A stretch of 63,566 nucleotides of DNA, counting the filler, from Ministeria vibrans ATCC 50519 (taxonomy: Eukaryota > Protista > Filasterea), in assembly GCA_943704425.1 (NCBI GenBank). It is 7 parts of 7 records of this genome, joined end to end, with 100 filler letters (N's around TTAATTAATTAA, not from the genome) between each part and the next. Parts side by side here need not be neighbours in the genome. Positions count along the whole stretch, not along the records: positions 45,718 to 51,510 come from CALSCP010000341.1; positions 51,611 to 60,161 come from CALSCP010002411.1; positions 60,262 to 61,735 come from CALSCP010001556.1; 4 more parts are not named here. One strand, written 5' to 3'. The notes beneath the pieces were generated by a model. The model ran no database searches and was not told the DNA's origin. It worked only from the letters and a program-made list of their open reading frames with translations. Position numbers and translations under genes: made by a program. Below are positions 47,747 to 60,319 of this stretch, one piece after another (the first letter of the stretch is position 1; each line of letters starts with the position of its first letter).

Positions 47747-47922
47747 CACGAGGGAGGTTATTATTGATTTCCTTAGAAATAACGTTTATGATTGTTTAGG
47801 TGTTTTGTGGACAAAAACTGCACTGAAACACTTCTATTTTGCCTTGTCTTTACTCTTTGTAAATGACACGAGGGAGGTTATTATTGATTTCCTCAGAAAT
47901 AACGTTTATGATTGTTTAGGTG
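47743..47922 (+). repeat. 60 bp direct repeat, two copies with 120 bp period
   Basis: ATGACACGAGGGAGGTTATTATTGATTTCCTYAGAAATAACGTTTATGATTGTTTAGGTG at 47743-47802 and 47863-47922. Confidence 0.92.
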
Positions 47923-48030
47923 GATTTCGAATTCTAAGACCTTGGCAGGGCGAGGGCCTGTAGATGACGAGTTTGTCGTATACGCCAGATTTATTTCTAA
48001 AAAGATTGTTGTCTCTGATAATCTGAATCC

Positions 48031-48086
<56 letters not shown>

Positions 48087-48291
48087 ATAACAAGAGACCG
48101 TTCTTTGCGAGAGATCGTTGCTGCTCATTCATCAGAATTGAATGGCGGCACAGTGGGGCATGCAACAAGAGTTTCACCAGACGCCATCGTTTGAACTGTC
48201 CACGAAGTGTCAGTTGGAATAAACAGACGTTCTTACTGACGGTCACTGCATGAAGGGCCATGGATACACTAAACACGCACTTGCGATGTCA

Positions 48292-48613
48292 GGGAATCCG
48301 CCTTGTCGATACCCTCAGCACACTCCGCATCAATTCCACCGACTGTGCCCTTGTTTCGCCCTTTTCATCCACATCCTATGAAATGACTGCGTTTCCTGTG
48401 CCCACTCATCCACTGACCGTAAAACCAGACGGAATGGCGTTCAATCTGTGGAACAACGTCTGGAACACAAAGTCAGCACTGCCTCATCCATCTTTATTTT
48501 ACTCACCTGTGTATCATTGTTTCCGTAGTTATCCACTGTGGTATCCCTATGCGGACGCAATGGAACCAGACTCGGCGAACATGCGATTTCGATTCACATT
48601 GAACAAACAATAG
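48292..48613 (+). pseudogene. C-terminal fragment of a DUF5054 / GH38-like glycoside hydrolase; no 5' exons seen
   Basis: DCALVSP, GMAFNLWNNVWNT|NYPLWYPY..NMRFRF across a short GT-AG intron. Confidence 0.6.
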
Positions 48614-48695
48614 AGAAAGGAGGGTTTTTTTTGACACACCATACACATTAAATAGGTGATAAAATCATTTTCTCTATTCTGTCTTTCGTTTTGTT

Positions 48696-48796
48696 CTGAC
48701 ACCGACCCGACTCACTAGTCGGTAAGACCCTTGCCGAGGCATTGCGCGCGACCAACGACACGCACTATGAAGCATTTCATCCCCTGGGGGAGATGT
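48696..48796 (+). repeat. Dispersed ~100 bp repeat, copy 2 (see 18383-18484)
   Basis: Aligns with the reverse complement of 18383-18484. Confidence 0.8.
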
Positions 48797-49477
48797 GCAG
48801 ATGCTTCATCGTCGCCATCAGTGATTCACCTCTTGAACCCCCCCGTTTCTTCCCCCTCCCCACCCATCCACATCCTTTATCCTCATAATCTAACACACAG
48901 TCACGACAACAAGCACACCAGCCGCCCTGCAACCGACCTGCCCCTCCTGTGCATCACAGGAGCGCACCGCAGCCACCTGGACCCGTCGCCGCCGACCACC
49001 GACCTGATCGCATCCAACAACGACTCCGACTTCACACTCCTTGCCGACAGACACCTTTGGTGTCAGAGCCCTAAGCCCCCACTGGGGGTATGGCGTACCA
49101 TTGCGATTGCCTCACTGGATAGCGACGACACAATGCACTTCTGACCTGCCACTGTTCTCCCATGTTACCTCAAGAGTTTCGGTTGAGTTTGCAAAGCGGT
49201 CTGGCTGTGTTTTCGTGTCATCATCGTCGTCGTCGTCAAGAACGCTGCTTTGCATCTGTATCGACAGAAGGTCAGGAGGAAGGAGGGAAAGGAGGAGTCG
49301 AACGAAAAAAACGTACGACTTGAAAAATGTCAACAGGCTGCTTTGGACTCGCTGCGCACGGACCGACATAGTGGGTCACGATAGCTGCTGCTTTTGACGA
49401 CATGGTGACGGTCAAGGAGCGGGCATGAATAAACAGATTGATTCTTTTTTGTTTCAGGCATTTCTAAACTGATCGAT

Positions 49478-49995
49478 GAAACGACACGCAGAGAGTGTTG
49501 AATGTGAATATCTGGTGACAAGAGCAATGACCAGGTCAATCAGGGTGCGGTTGGAGTTCAATAGACTGAGAAAGGGGGTTGTGGAACGTGTCGGCCCATA
49601 TCAGCAAAAAAAAAGTGAGAGATGCCCAAAGCGCTTTCGGCCGCCTCCAGACACGCAACCACATCTGCCAGATCAACGTCTGAACGCCAAATTATTTACA
49701 TAGAGAGTGCTGAATATTTGTGTCCGGTACGAAACGCAATCGCGAGGGAACTGTGGAGTCCACTAACTCGAGAAAAAGGTGGCGACGCAAGTCAACGTAA
49801 AAAGTGAGAGATGCGAAAAGTGATGAGACGCACGTTTAGGCTGATGCAATCACTTCACAAACTGACAAACGACACATAGAGAGTATTGAATGTAGGTGAA
49901 TGGAAGGAGAGATGACGGTCAGGCTGCTGTGCGACACCAACGAAATGAGAAAAGGGTTGCGAGACATGTCAGCAAAAAAAAGTGAGAGATGCTCA
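49478..49995. repeat. Degenerate three-unit tandem repeat (~175-210 bp units)
   Basis: Each unit carries AGAGAGTRYTGAAT, then GAGAAA(A)GG, then AAAAAGTGAGAGATGC, with variable spacers. Confidence 0.7.
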
Positions 49996-50499
49996 AACCG
50001 CATTCGACTCAAGTCTCGGCGTGGTCTGCCCGCCATTGTTGGCGTGGTGAAACACTTCAAGCGCTCCTCCGACGCCAACCTGCCGCACGGCACGCTTGAT
50101 GTGACCATTCAGGCTGCCGAAGGCGTGCACGGGTCCTCCTCTCGGGAGAGAAAGCTATTTCCGATGAGAAAAGGACACATTGAATATGAAAATTCGTCAA
50201 TAGACGTCAAAGAAAGGTCCTTTTTTTTGCTCTTTGACGCTGCATTCTCAGTAATAAAAAGCGCGAAATTGTAATTTACAAGAATGTTTCCCATGTATTG
50301 TCAGCATCATGCACAGTTGACAGTTGGTAACTGCAGCGTGTCGTTGATTTTCTTCAGCGCCTTTTTCGCTGCATCGCAGTATTCCGGGTTAGCTGACTAT
50401 CTCTCAGTGACACTTCAGACTTCAGAGTTGAGAAACATATCAGAATGGCGCTTACTCGTTTGAATTAAAATTGATAGTGTTACAATTGTGTTTGTTGTC

Positions 50500-51260
50500 T
50501 CAGATGGCATACGCACTCACATCAGCGTCATCGCCATCATCTTCCGCTTCGGCATTGTCGTCTCCATCATCAAGTACATACGCAGCAACGTCCCCGTCGT
50601 CATCGTCGTCATCATCCTCATCGTCATCGTCTGCTGCCCCTGTCGTCGCCTCCTTCTTCTTGCTGCTGCTGTCTTCCTTGTCGCGCTCCTCCCGCTCGCG
50701 CGTCTTTTCGCTCGAGTATCGATCGGTGGGATCACGCGGTCGATGTGGAGGGGACACAGCGCGATGGCCAGTGCGCCGCTTCTTCTTGAGCCGTCCAAAG
50801 TCGTCGTACTCGTCGTCGTCCGAGTTGTGTTCCTTGTACTCGATGACCTCCTCGCGCTCCTTGAAGCCGCCGCCGAGGCCTTTGCGGTCTTCGACGACGG
50901 GGTTTCGAGGCTGCTTGCAGAGGTTGCAGAGGGGCCGCGAAGCCCAGTTGGTGTTGCCGCATTTCAAGCAGATCCAATCGTCGGCCGAGAAGAGTCCGCC
51001 GGAGCGCACAGACGCCTCTTTGCCGACCGTTGTTGCGCCGTGCTTCCGTTTCGGGACGGGTTTTTGTGCATTGCATCGTTTGCAGACAGACCGCGACGGC
51101 CAGTTGTCGTTGTCACATCTGCGAAAGGGAAATACGTTTTTTTTTTTTTTTTGAGATTTTCGCTGATCTATTTTCACGATGCGCACGATGGACAGATCCA
51201 ATTCTCCCCCTTGTCTCTTTGACCCATTCCTCCGCCTTGGAATCCGCCGCGGTGAGACAT
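50500..51260 (-). CDS. ZRANB2: Zinc finger Ran-binding domain protein 2 (two RanBP2 fingers)
   Basis: NWICP|..CDNDNWPSRSVCKRC, GLFSADDWICLKCGNTNWASRPLCNLC, GGGFKERE.IEY, DDEYDDFGR.KKK. Confidence 0.9.
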
Positions 51261-52101
51261 TCTTAAAAAAATATTTGAAAGCGATTTGGCGAGAAGAGTC
51301 AGTCGAGTCGATAAGATAAAGTTCTTAGCGCATCAGAGCAGAGCAATTCACAATTCGAACAACCCAATCACCCAAAGGTTGGCACTTGGCACTTGGCGGA
51401 GTTGTATTTGATCCGGAGATGCGCCGCAAGCACACGTTCTTCAAACATACGATGGTGTTGATTATTTACGTGTGACAAACCCCAAGATGATTCATGATAA
51501 CAATTTTAATNNNNNNNNNNNNNNNNNNNNNNNNNNNNNNNNNNNNNNNNNNNNTTAATTAATTAANNNNNNNNNNNNNNNNNNNNNNNNNNNNNNNNNN
51601 NNNNNNNNNNGGACGCGTCGAAAGAGCAGTCTGAGAGTGGATTTCCGGCCCTTTCTCTCTTTTCTTTTTTTCTTTCTTTCTACTTCTCTGCGGTCTCGTC
51701 TAAATCGGGCACCCTCCCCGACTACGCCCTCCCTCGTCTGCTTTCTCTCCTCCAACCCCTTGCTTAATTGTCTAAAAGGCCTTTGTGACCCACACAAGAG
51801 TCATTGGCCCTCAATCAACGTCGCTGCAAATGTCGATCTCAATCTTAACCTTTTCGCTCGCGCCACTCCAGTCTGAATTCCCCTCCGTTTCAAGCACCGT
51901 CTTGAACCCTACACTCTCACGCTTCCGTTTCCTTTTTGTATTGCCTGTCACTCGAACTTTACCTGTGTACTTTGGGTGACAAAGACTCTAGAAAGAAAAA
52001 AAAAACAAAAAACGACAAAAAAAAAACAAAAAACACACAAAATGGCTCAATGTTCTCTCCTTACACCTTCTCTGTCTGTGCATTGCACTGTACTCCTATA
52101 G

Positions 52102-55100
52102 GTGTCGATCACCAATGCCCAATCGACTTTTACTAGTAGCGTGTCGTCAGGCTCCGTCACAGTGCAACTGCGTCAGGTACAAAACCACGCACAACAACGT
52201 CGAGCGCTCTCATATTACCTTATATAATATTATATTATACGTCGACTCATCGTTTCTCTCTCTCTTTCTATCACTTTGTTTCTTTCTCCCAACTCTCTCT
52301 CTCTCTCTCTCTTTCTATCACTTTGTTTTTCTCTCTTTCTATCACTTTGTTTTTCTCTCTTTCTATCACTTTGTTTCTCTCTCTTTCTATCACTTTGTTT
52401 TTCTCTCATTCTATCACTTTGTTTCTCTCTCTTTCTATCACTTTGTTTCTCTCTCTTTTTATCACTAAATTTTGTTTCTCTCTCTATCTCGGTAGGATGT
52501 CGATGCCCTCCAAACTGTAACATTGATGTTCAGCATCACCGAGTCTACAAGCGACTCATTCCCAGTCGGCATGACTTCCGAGTTAAATGGCGACGTTCTC
52601 ATCGGTACATATCTTAGCTTGCACAATTGTCGACAATAATTTATTATTAGAAGAAGAAGACATTTCCAATTTGTTAAAACACGAGCTCGCGATGATTCTA
52701 GGAGTGCAGAACTCATACCTTACAAACACATTTAGGACACGGGGGTTGGCTCAAGACGACATCACCGGGACTTGCGGGCTTCGCATCAGCAACCACTCGG
52801 CTGGTAGAGTCTATTTCGGGCTCAACAAACCTGGCAGTCGGCACGACGTTTGTCTTTAACAGCACACTCGCCATTCCCGCGACCGGCTTGTACACCTTTG
52901 TGATTAACGGCGCTGGTCCCATGGCACTCACGATCAACGATGTCAAGGTTGCATCGACCGTGTCAGGAACCACGGCAACAAGCTTGGCCGTGCCGCTTGT
53001 CGCTGGCGTTCCCGCCAAAATTGAGTTTACCCACACCGCCACTGGTGCCAGCGACTACACATACAGCATGCTCTGGCAACACCCTTCGTCGCTCCCGTTC
53101 ACCCCCATCTCGACCGAGTACCTCTATGCGCTTCACATGCTCGACGTGCCTCTCGACAACACCGTCGGCTGGCGTCTCTTCGAAGAGGGCAAAGACCAGT
53201 ATCCATCCACATGGGACGAGCTCACGTCGACACCGGCGTCGTCCATTCGCCAAAGCCGCAAGATCGGCTCTAGCTCGTGGTCGTGCTCCGCAGGCGGCAT
53301 GGGCAGCATGATGGCTCTTACCGAGTCGACCTGTGGCTACCACAGCCCCAAGCGATACGTGTTCGAGGCGACCGTCACAAACGAGCTTGACGACGGCGGC
53401 GTCGCCGGCATTGTTTTCCACCTGCAGCAGGGCGCATCGCAGCAGTACTATGCTTTTGGTTTTGCCCCCGGTCGCTGTGCTTACGTCGAGCGCTATACCG
53501 ACGGCGTCCGCGCCGTCGTCAGCTCCGTCTCAACCACGACTCTGACCACCCTCATTAATGTCGCCTACAAAGTCTCCGTCCTCGCCTTTGACAACTTCTT
53601 TGCTGTTTCCGTCGACGATGTTGTTGTCGCCTCCTTCACCGACTCCATCTCGTCGTTGCCGGCGCTTGGTGGTGGCGTGGGACTCTACTCCACTTCCACA
53701 CGTGCGAGCTTCTCCAACGTCAAGCTGAGCTACGCACCCTACGCTCAGCCCGGTGGATTTCTCGTGCCGCATCACGGCGAGTCATCGTCCCTTTACGAGG
53801 TGCCGTTGACACACGCCAACTGGGGTGTCGTCGAGTTTGGTGTCAACGCCCAGGGTGTTGTTCAGCTGGAGGGACCCTCTCTTTGGAGCGCCTACAATGC
53901 GACCGTTCTCAACCAGGCAAGCAATGTGTGGGCAGGCAATCGCTGCGCCGTCGACGAGTACGGCACTGCGTACGTCCTTAGTGCGCGCGAGTGCGCCTGG
54001 GTCGACTACACCTTTGAAGTAGACATTTTCAGTAGCGACAACGACATTGTGGGTGTGCTCTTCCGTTTCCAGGACGAGAACAATCACTACCGTTTGTCTC
54101 TCTCGCCTCAGGGCACGTGCATCATTCTTGTGCGCGTCCACAAGGGCACCTCCACCATCATTGGGACGCTGTCACGTCAATCGTATGCTCGCAACGTCGT
54201 CAGTCACATTGCCGTGTCCGTTGTTGGCTCACACATTTACATTGCCCTTGACAACGTGGTGCTCTTCGACCTCAACGATTGTGGTTCCACCCATGGCTAC
54301 CTCGGTCTTTACACCTGGCGTGCCGCCGCCTCCTTTCTAAACCTGAAGGCGACCGTCAATATTCAAAACACCAACGTACCCAAGGTAAGCCGTAGAAGAA
54401 AAAAAATATCATAATTTCTTATGGCGGAAGTATTGTGCTGCTCTTTGTTTTGTCAAAATATGACTTGTTTTGACATCGACTCTCTATTTTTCTAATCTCA
54501 TTATAATATTAAATATATTCTTATTCGCATTATTAAAATCATGAATGTTGCCGGTGTAGATTACAACCACACTGTTGAGCACGCCAAGCTACACGTCACT
54601 TTCGAGCATGTACGCCGGCGACGAACTCCTGTTTTCGCTCAGTAGCAACGTGCCCCTGCTTGCTGTTAACATCACGTCAGCCTCGGGCGCTGTCGCACCT
54701 TTGAAGCAAGAGAGCGCTACCAGCCGTCAATACTGGTCGGGTGCTATGTCAGTCCCGTCTGTGCCCAGCGCTACCACCGGCGCAGACATCACCTACCAAA
54801 TTGATTTTGCAAATGGTAACTGCGTTGCGGGTGTTCCCATCACCACCGTCGCCGGATCCTCCCCTCTGTACGTGTCGGGTCACGTCGCTCCCAAGATCAG
54901 TTGGACAGCAACAGGCAGCATGACACGCACATGGAACGACGCGTCTTTTTCCATCCCTTTCACACTGCCCTCGACGTTTTCCACCGCGTCTGCCTCCGAC
55001 ACAGTCGCGCCGCATCTGGCCCAGTTTGTTACGATACCATCTGCAGCTACACTCGCTTCTGCCGCCTCGGTTGAAACCCACTCGCAGCTGCAGTTCTCCT

Positions 55101-57832
55101 CGGTCAACAGCAACACAATCGAGCTCTTTGTGAAGCTCGAGTCCACCAGCGGCTCGGAAGTCGACCAAATTGTCCTCGAGTCAGGTGGCGCCACCGCTGG
55201 ATTTGCTCTAATCTGGTCGGCGACATCGCTTAAACTCACCTACCGTGCCCTGCTGGATGGTGTCACGGGCAAGATTGAGGTGGCGCTGGACGCGTCGCAG
55301 GTTGCCAAGGTGGTCAACATTGTTATTGTGTCGGACGCCATGACCAACGAGCGACGTGTCTACGTCAACGGACAGCATCGTGGCACGCTCAAGAACATGG
55401 GTTTCCCCTCGGCCCTTGGCGACTTCCATCTGGGCTTTGAGTCAACGTCAGCCGTTGGTGGCTATGAGACCCAGCCGACTGGCGACACTGTCGAGTCCTT
55501 CCGAGGTGCCTACGGTCAAATCAATCTGTACAATGTGGCATTGCGTCCCGCTCAGGCCACGGGCGACTGTGGCATTGAGCCGAGTGTGGTGCGCACCAAA
55601 ATGTGTACAGGCACAACCTATGGCGCCACATGTCAGTTGGCATGTGATGCCAACGAAGACCTCCTACCCCACCCGCAGTTGCACACGCGTACCTGCCTCT
55701 CGACCATGACCTGGTCGGAGGTTGATCGCTCATGCAAAACCATTCTAAACGAATGCAACTCGTACCCTTGCCAGAATGGCGGCTCCTGTCTCGACGGCTA
55801 CGACAGCTTTACTTGTACCTGTATCGCGGGCTTCACGGGCCACCTGTGTCAGACAAACATTGACGACTGTGCGTCCTCACCGTGTGCCGCCGGCCACTTT
55901 TGCGTCGATGGTATTGCCACGGTCAGCTGTGTGTGTCCTGCCGGCTACACGGGCACGGCGTGCACCGAGGAGATTAACGAGTGCGCCTCGTCTCCCTGTG
56001 CCAATGGTGCCACATGCCATGACAGTGTCAACGCTTTCTCCTGTGTGTGTGCCGAAGCCTTTGTGGGCACTACATGCACTCAGCAAGTGAGCCTGTGCGA
56101 CTCGAAACCCTGCAGCAACGGTGCGACCTGCTCGTACGTGCTCGGCAGTGGTGTGATCAGCTGTGCATGCCCCGCAGGTTACACCGGCACCCACTGCGAG
56201 TCCATTGTGAACCATTGCACTGGCGAAACTCACTCGTGTCCGTCGAGCAGCACCTGTGTGCACACGGGTCCCGGCACCTATGTGTGCCGTTGCGCTGCAG
56301 GTTTCTATGGCAGTTTGTGTGCTGCGTGCGATTGCGACATGGACCACACCCAAGCGGGCGTGTCGTGTGACTCCACTACCGGTCAGTGTGCTTGCGAGCG
56401 TCTGTATGCAGGACGCACCTGTGACACTCTGAGCGTCACAGCCTGGAGTGACGCACAGGCGCGCGTCACAGTCGACGTCAATGGTGACCTGACCATGCAC
56501 GCCGGCAAGTTCCCCACGGCAGGTGGTGTGGTTGTTCAGGGCAGCGCCTCCTTTGGCGGCTCCGTTACCATGCTGGACCCGACCGCGGAGGCGGACAGCG
56601 CGAATATTGACGCCACGACGTTTCACTGGCCAACGCTGCTCGAGGAACGCGACATGCTCGTCGAGCAAGCAAAGATGCTGCGCGAACGTATTGACAGTGC
56701 CAACATCATGGGCTATGTGTCCAAGGTGGCAACGCTTCCCGATTCTACCAGTGGATGGAGGCACGTTGATTTGCTTGCGGCACTCGACAGTGCCACTGGT
56801 ACCCAGTTCTTATTTGCCTATGGGGTGTCCTCAAGCACCACGATTGGGCTCATGCAAGCCGTGTCGTCGTCGCTGACGAGCCGTGTGACTGGGTTTTCCC
56901 CGTTGAGCAACTCCATGGTTTCCTCTCTCCAGCTGTCGGGCACCGTGCGTGCCCTCCGTGCTCTGACGGTGCCCGTCTCGCAACGCACCTACCTTGTCTG
57001 TGTGTACGATGGACCCAGCTCAAAAATTGCCGTCCAAGTGTACGAAGTGACGACACACGCAGGCCTGACCTCCTACGGCTCGCCCACCGTGCTTGGTATT
57101 TTGACTTCCACCGCGACACTTCATGTGGATGCCACCTGGTCTACCGTGCACGACCGCGCGCTCGTGACCATCCATGCGCCCACGTCCCCCGTCGAGCTGC
57201 TGACCTTTGCCGAAGGTGATGCGACGAGTGTCGAGTCGCGCACGAGCTTGAGCACACCGGGCGTTGAGAGTGTCGTGTACGACCACCGAGGCTTTGCCTA
57301 CGTGGTGAGTGCCACGTCGACGTCGTCCAATACAGTGGTGCAGCGTGTCGCATGGAACCTCACTGAGACGACCGACGCAAACTTGGCAAGTGTCACCACA
57401 CAGGTACAGAGTGTCTCGGGCGCTGTCGGTGGTTTGTTTGCCTCCTTCTGGACCAACGGTGCTCGTTTTGTTGTGCGTCACGATGCGACCAACGGTGTCT
57501 TTACGGTGTACGAGCACCTGGGCGCAACAGGCGTGCTTCAGCAGCGCACGCAACAGCAATCGTCGACGAGCGGACTCCCAAATGCCTGCACCTCTCTGAC
57601 AAGCTTCAACATGGGCGCCGAGGCAATGCTGCTGTGTAGCAACTCGGCCTCGAGCACCACATCGGTGCTCACGTGGGACGGCACCCTTGTGGGTCTGCGT
57701 CTGCGGCACACCATTGCCGACTTTACCGGCTTGACCGTACCCCGTGTGGTCACCGTAGAGGGACGCGCATCGTTTGTGCTTTCCAGCGACGCGGGTGCTC
57801 ATGCGTTATTCCGTGGTGAAATTGCGCAGTAG
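52102..57832 (+). CDS. Large extracellular multidomain protein (PA14-like, 2x ConA/TSP-C-like, LamG, Sushi-like, 5 EGF, laminin-EGF, coiled coil, beta-rich C-terminus); 5' end uncertain
   Basis: IPATGLYTF; SSDNDIVGVLFRFQDENNHY; LamG TIELFVK..RVYVNG..FRGAYGQINLYNVAL; EGFs (NECNSYPCQNGGSC, NIDDCASSPC, EINECASSPC); CDCDMD..CDSTTGQCAC. No C-terminal TM. Confidence 0.85.
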
Positions 57833-58074
57833 AGACTAGCAGTGTGATTGATATGCCCTTTTTAATTGGAGTGTTTTAACTTTTATTCGTGTTTTACTTT
57901 TTGGAATGGAGACCCCAAAAAATAAACCAATAATTTTAATGACAAAATTAATAATAATAATAATTGTATTATTATAATTTTATTTCAAGTCGTCTTCCTC
58001 TGCTTTGCCATAGCTGATCGAGAACCTAGGCTTTTTGAAATCTTCGTTTGAAGTCCTTTTCTATTTGTCTCACC

Positions 58075-58973
58075 ATGACCACCATTCGGCAATTTACCTG
58101 CGACGATTTTTACCGGTTTAACAACATGTAACGTTTCTGCGGCCGTGCCGGCTAGCTCTCATTTGATACCAATGGCTGTTCTCACGCCCGTTGTGTCGTT
58201 GTTTTTGTCTGTAGCAACTTGGATGCTCTCACGGAGACGGTCCGTCAAAACGACGGCCAAACGTGTTGGTCACTCACGCTCTCGGTCTCTTTCTCTCTCT
58301 TTCCCCTTACAGTATAGCCTGAATTTCTACCTGCAGTACCTGGCCAAATGGCCAGAGTACATTGAGGTGGCACAGCACCCAAGCGGGCGGCTGATGGGCT
58401 ACAGTACGTGTGTTACAAATCACATGAGAATGACAGTGTTGTTGTTCACATTTGACTCTTCTGGCAGACTACGGCAAAGTTGAAGGTCAAAATACGGACT
58501 GGCACGGCCATGTGACAGCACTGACGGTTGCGCCGGAGTTTCGACGACTTCAACTTGGTGCAAAGTTTATGGAAAATCTCGAAAACGTATCGGAGCACCA
58601 GTAGGACGAGTGGGACTGAGTGGAGGTCTGCGTCTCTTCATTATATTATTTTCATTCTCTAGACACAATGGCTACTTTGTTGATTTGTTTGTGCGCAAAA
58701 GCAATGTGGTATGGGCAACAACTCAAAGGGAAGAGGAAAGGTATCTTTTCTCATGTTGCTACGAAAACACTTTAGGTTGCCATTGCAATGTATCGCGCAC
58801 TGGGCTACATTGTGTATCGTGAAGTAATAGGCTACTATGGCGGAGGAGGGGGCAGCGATGGGGACGACTGTGAAAACGCCTACGATATGCGCAAGGCACT
58901 GCCGCGCGACAAGGACAAGAAGTCGATGGTGCCACTGCCGCATCCGGTGTATCCCAACAACGAGACAATGTAG
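58075..58973 (+). CDS. NAA20: N-alpha-acetyltransferase 20 (NatB catalytic subunit)
   Basis: MTTIRQFTCDD..FNN|NLDALTET|Y..FYLQYLAKWPEY, GKVEG..WHGHVTALTVAPEFRRL, YFVDLFVR.SN, AYDMRKALPRD. Confidence 0.95.
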
Positions 58974-59004
58974 AAAGACAAAAGTGTGTGTATGGGTGCG
59001 AGTG

Positions 59005-59981
59005 TTACAATCCGAAGAGGGTGATGGGTTCGTTCTTTGACAGGACTGGGAGGCTCTCGCGGTCGTCAGTTGCGGCGCTGTCGCGATGGCACTCGGACAG
59101 CGCAGCTCGAGTGAACAGCTAAAAAAAGATAGAGAAAGAGAGAAATAAGTTTTTTAGAAGGGGTTCACGCACACGGTAGTGATTCGAACGAGTGTGGCAG
59201 GAAGGAGGTCGTAGGAGGCACGGGCATGAACAGCGTCAAGAAGAGCAGTGGCGGCGGTGCGGTGGGGCGGGCAGAAGAGGAGAGTAAAGGCGACGTGCGC
59301 GATGGGTGTAAGGATGGACTCGTGCAGGGACACGCGCTCACCACTGCCTGCCGCATCTCGTCGGGTAGGACACCCTGCCGAGACAAGCCTATACGTGATT
59401 GTGTATGAGAGAACGAGAGTTTATATATAGTGTAATAATAATTAATTTGTATGTGTGTTGTGTACCGTTGGGCGACGGCGCAGAAGGCGGCGGGAACGCA
59501 CTCGGGAATATCGTATTCGGTGGCACGTCGACGACGCACAAACGCATGGAAGGTGTCCACGAGCACGCCAATGACGGCTGCACGGGTTTCGCTGCCGACG
59601 GCAGAAGGTGGTGGGATGCGTTGTAGTGTTGGTAGGATGTGAGCGCTGGTGCCCCCACTTCCATCGTCGTTGCTGTGTGCGTTCTCGTGACGGCTCAGTG
59701 CACCCTCGGTCAGCAGAGGCACTGTAGCTGCACCGGCCTTTTTCTGCAAAAACACAACAAACCCCGAGTTTGAGTGTTGGTGAGTAAGTGTGAGAGTAAG
59801 CGAGTGTATGAATGTATGTGTGGCGTATGTGTGCGTGCGTTTGAGATGAAATAAGAAAGTGTCGTACGTTGTGGTAGAGAGAGGAGACGGTGAGAGAGGG
59901 AACGGTGAAGGGTGTGCGCGCAGTCGCACCACTCGCCACTTCGGTGTTGTAAATGTTCAATGCGATCGCCTCAATAAACCT
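59005..59981 (-). CDS. FAM126/hyccin-like PI4KA complex subunit, 3' part
   Basis: FIEAIALNIYNTEV..FTVPSLTVSSLYH..LTEGALSRH resembles FAM126 IEALLLGVYNLEI..FTIPSLSKPSVYH..LTESALSQH. 3' exons uncertain. Confidence 0.72.
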
Positions 59982-60085
59982 CTGTTGGTGGAGAAAGAGA
60001 GAGAGAGAGAGAGAAAGGAGGGAGAAAGAAACAAAGTGAGAGAGAGAGAGAGAGGGAGGGAGAAAGGAGGGAGAAAGAAACAAAG

Positions 60086-60161
<76 letters not shown>

Positions 60162-60319
60162 NNNNNNNNNNNNNNNNNNNNNNNNNNNNNNNNNNNNNNN
60201 NNNNNTTAATTAATTAANNNNNNNNNNNNNNNNNNNNNNNNNNNNNNNNNNNNNNNNNNNNGACTCGTGTGCAGGACGCATATTTTGTTTTGACACAAAC
60301 TACCTGTTTAACCACATAG

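Noticed and set aside
47743-47922. CRISPR-like repeat-spacer-repeat
   Set aside because: Only two 60 bp copies, eukaryotic context, no cas genes.
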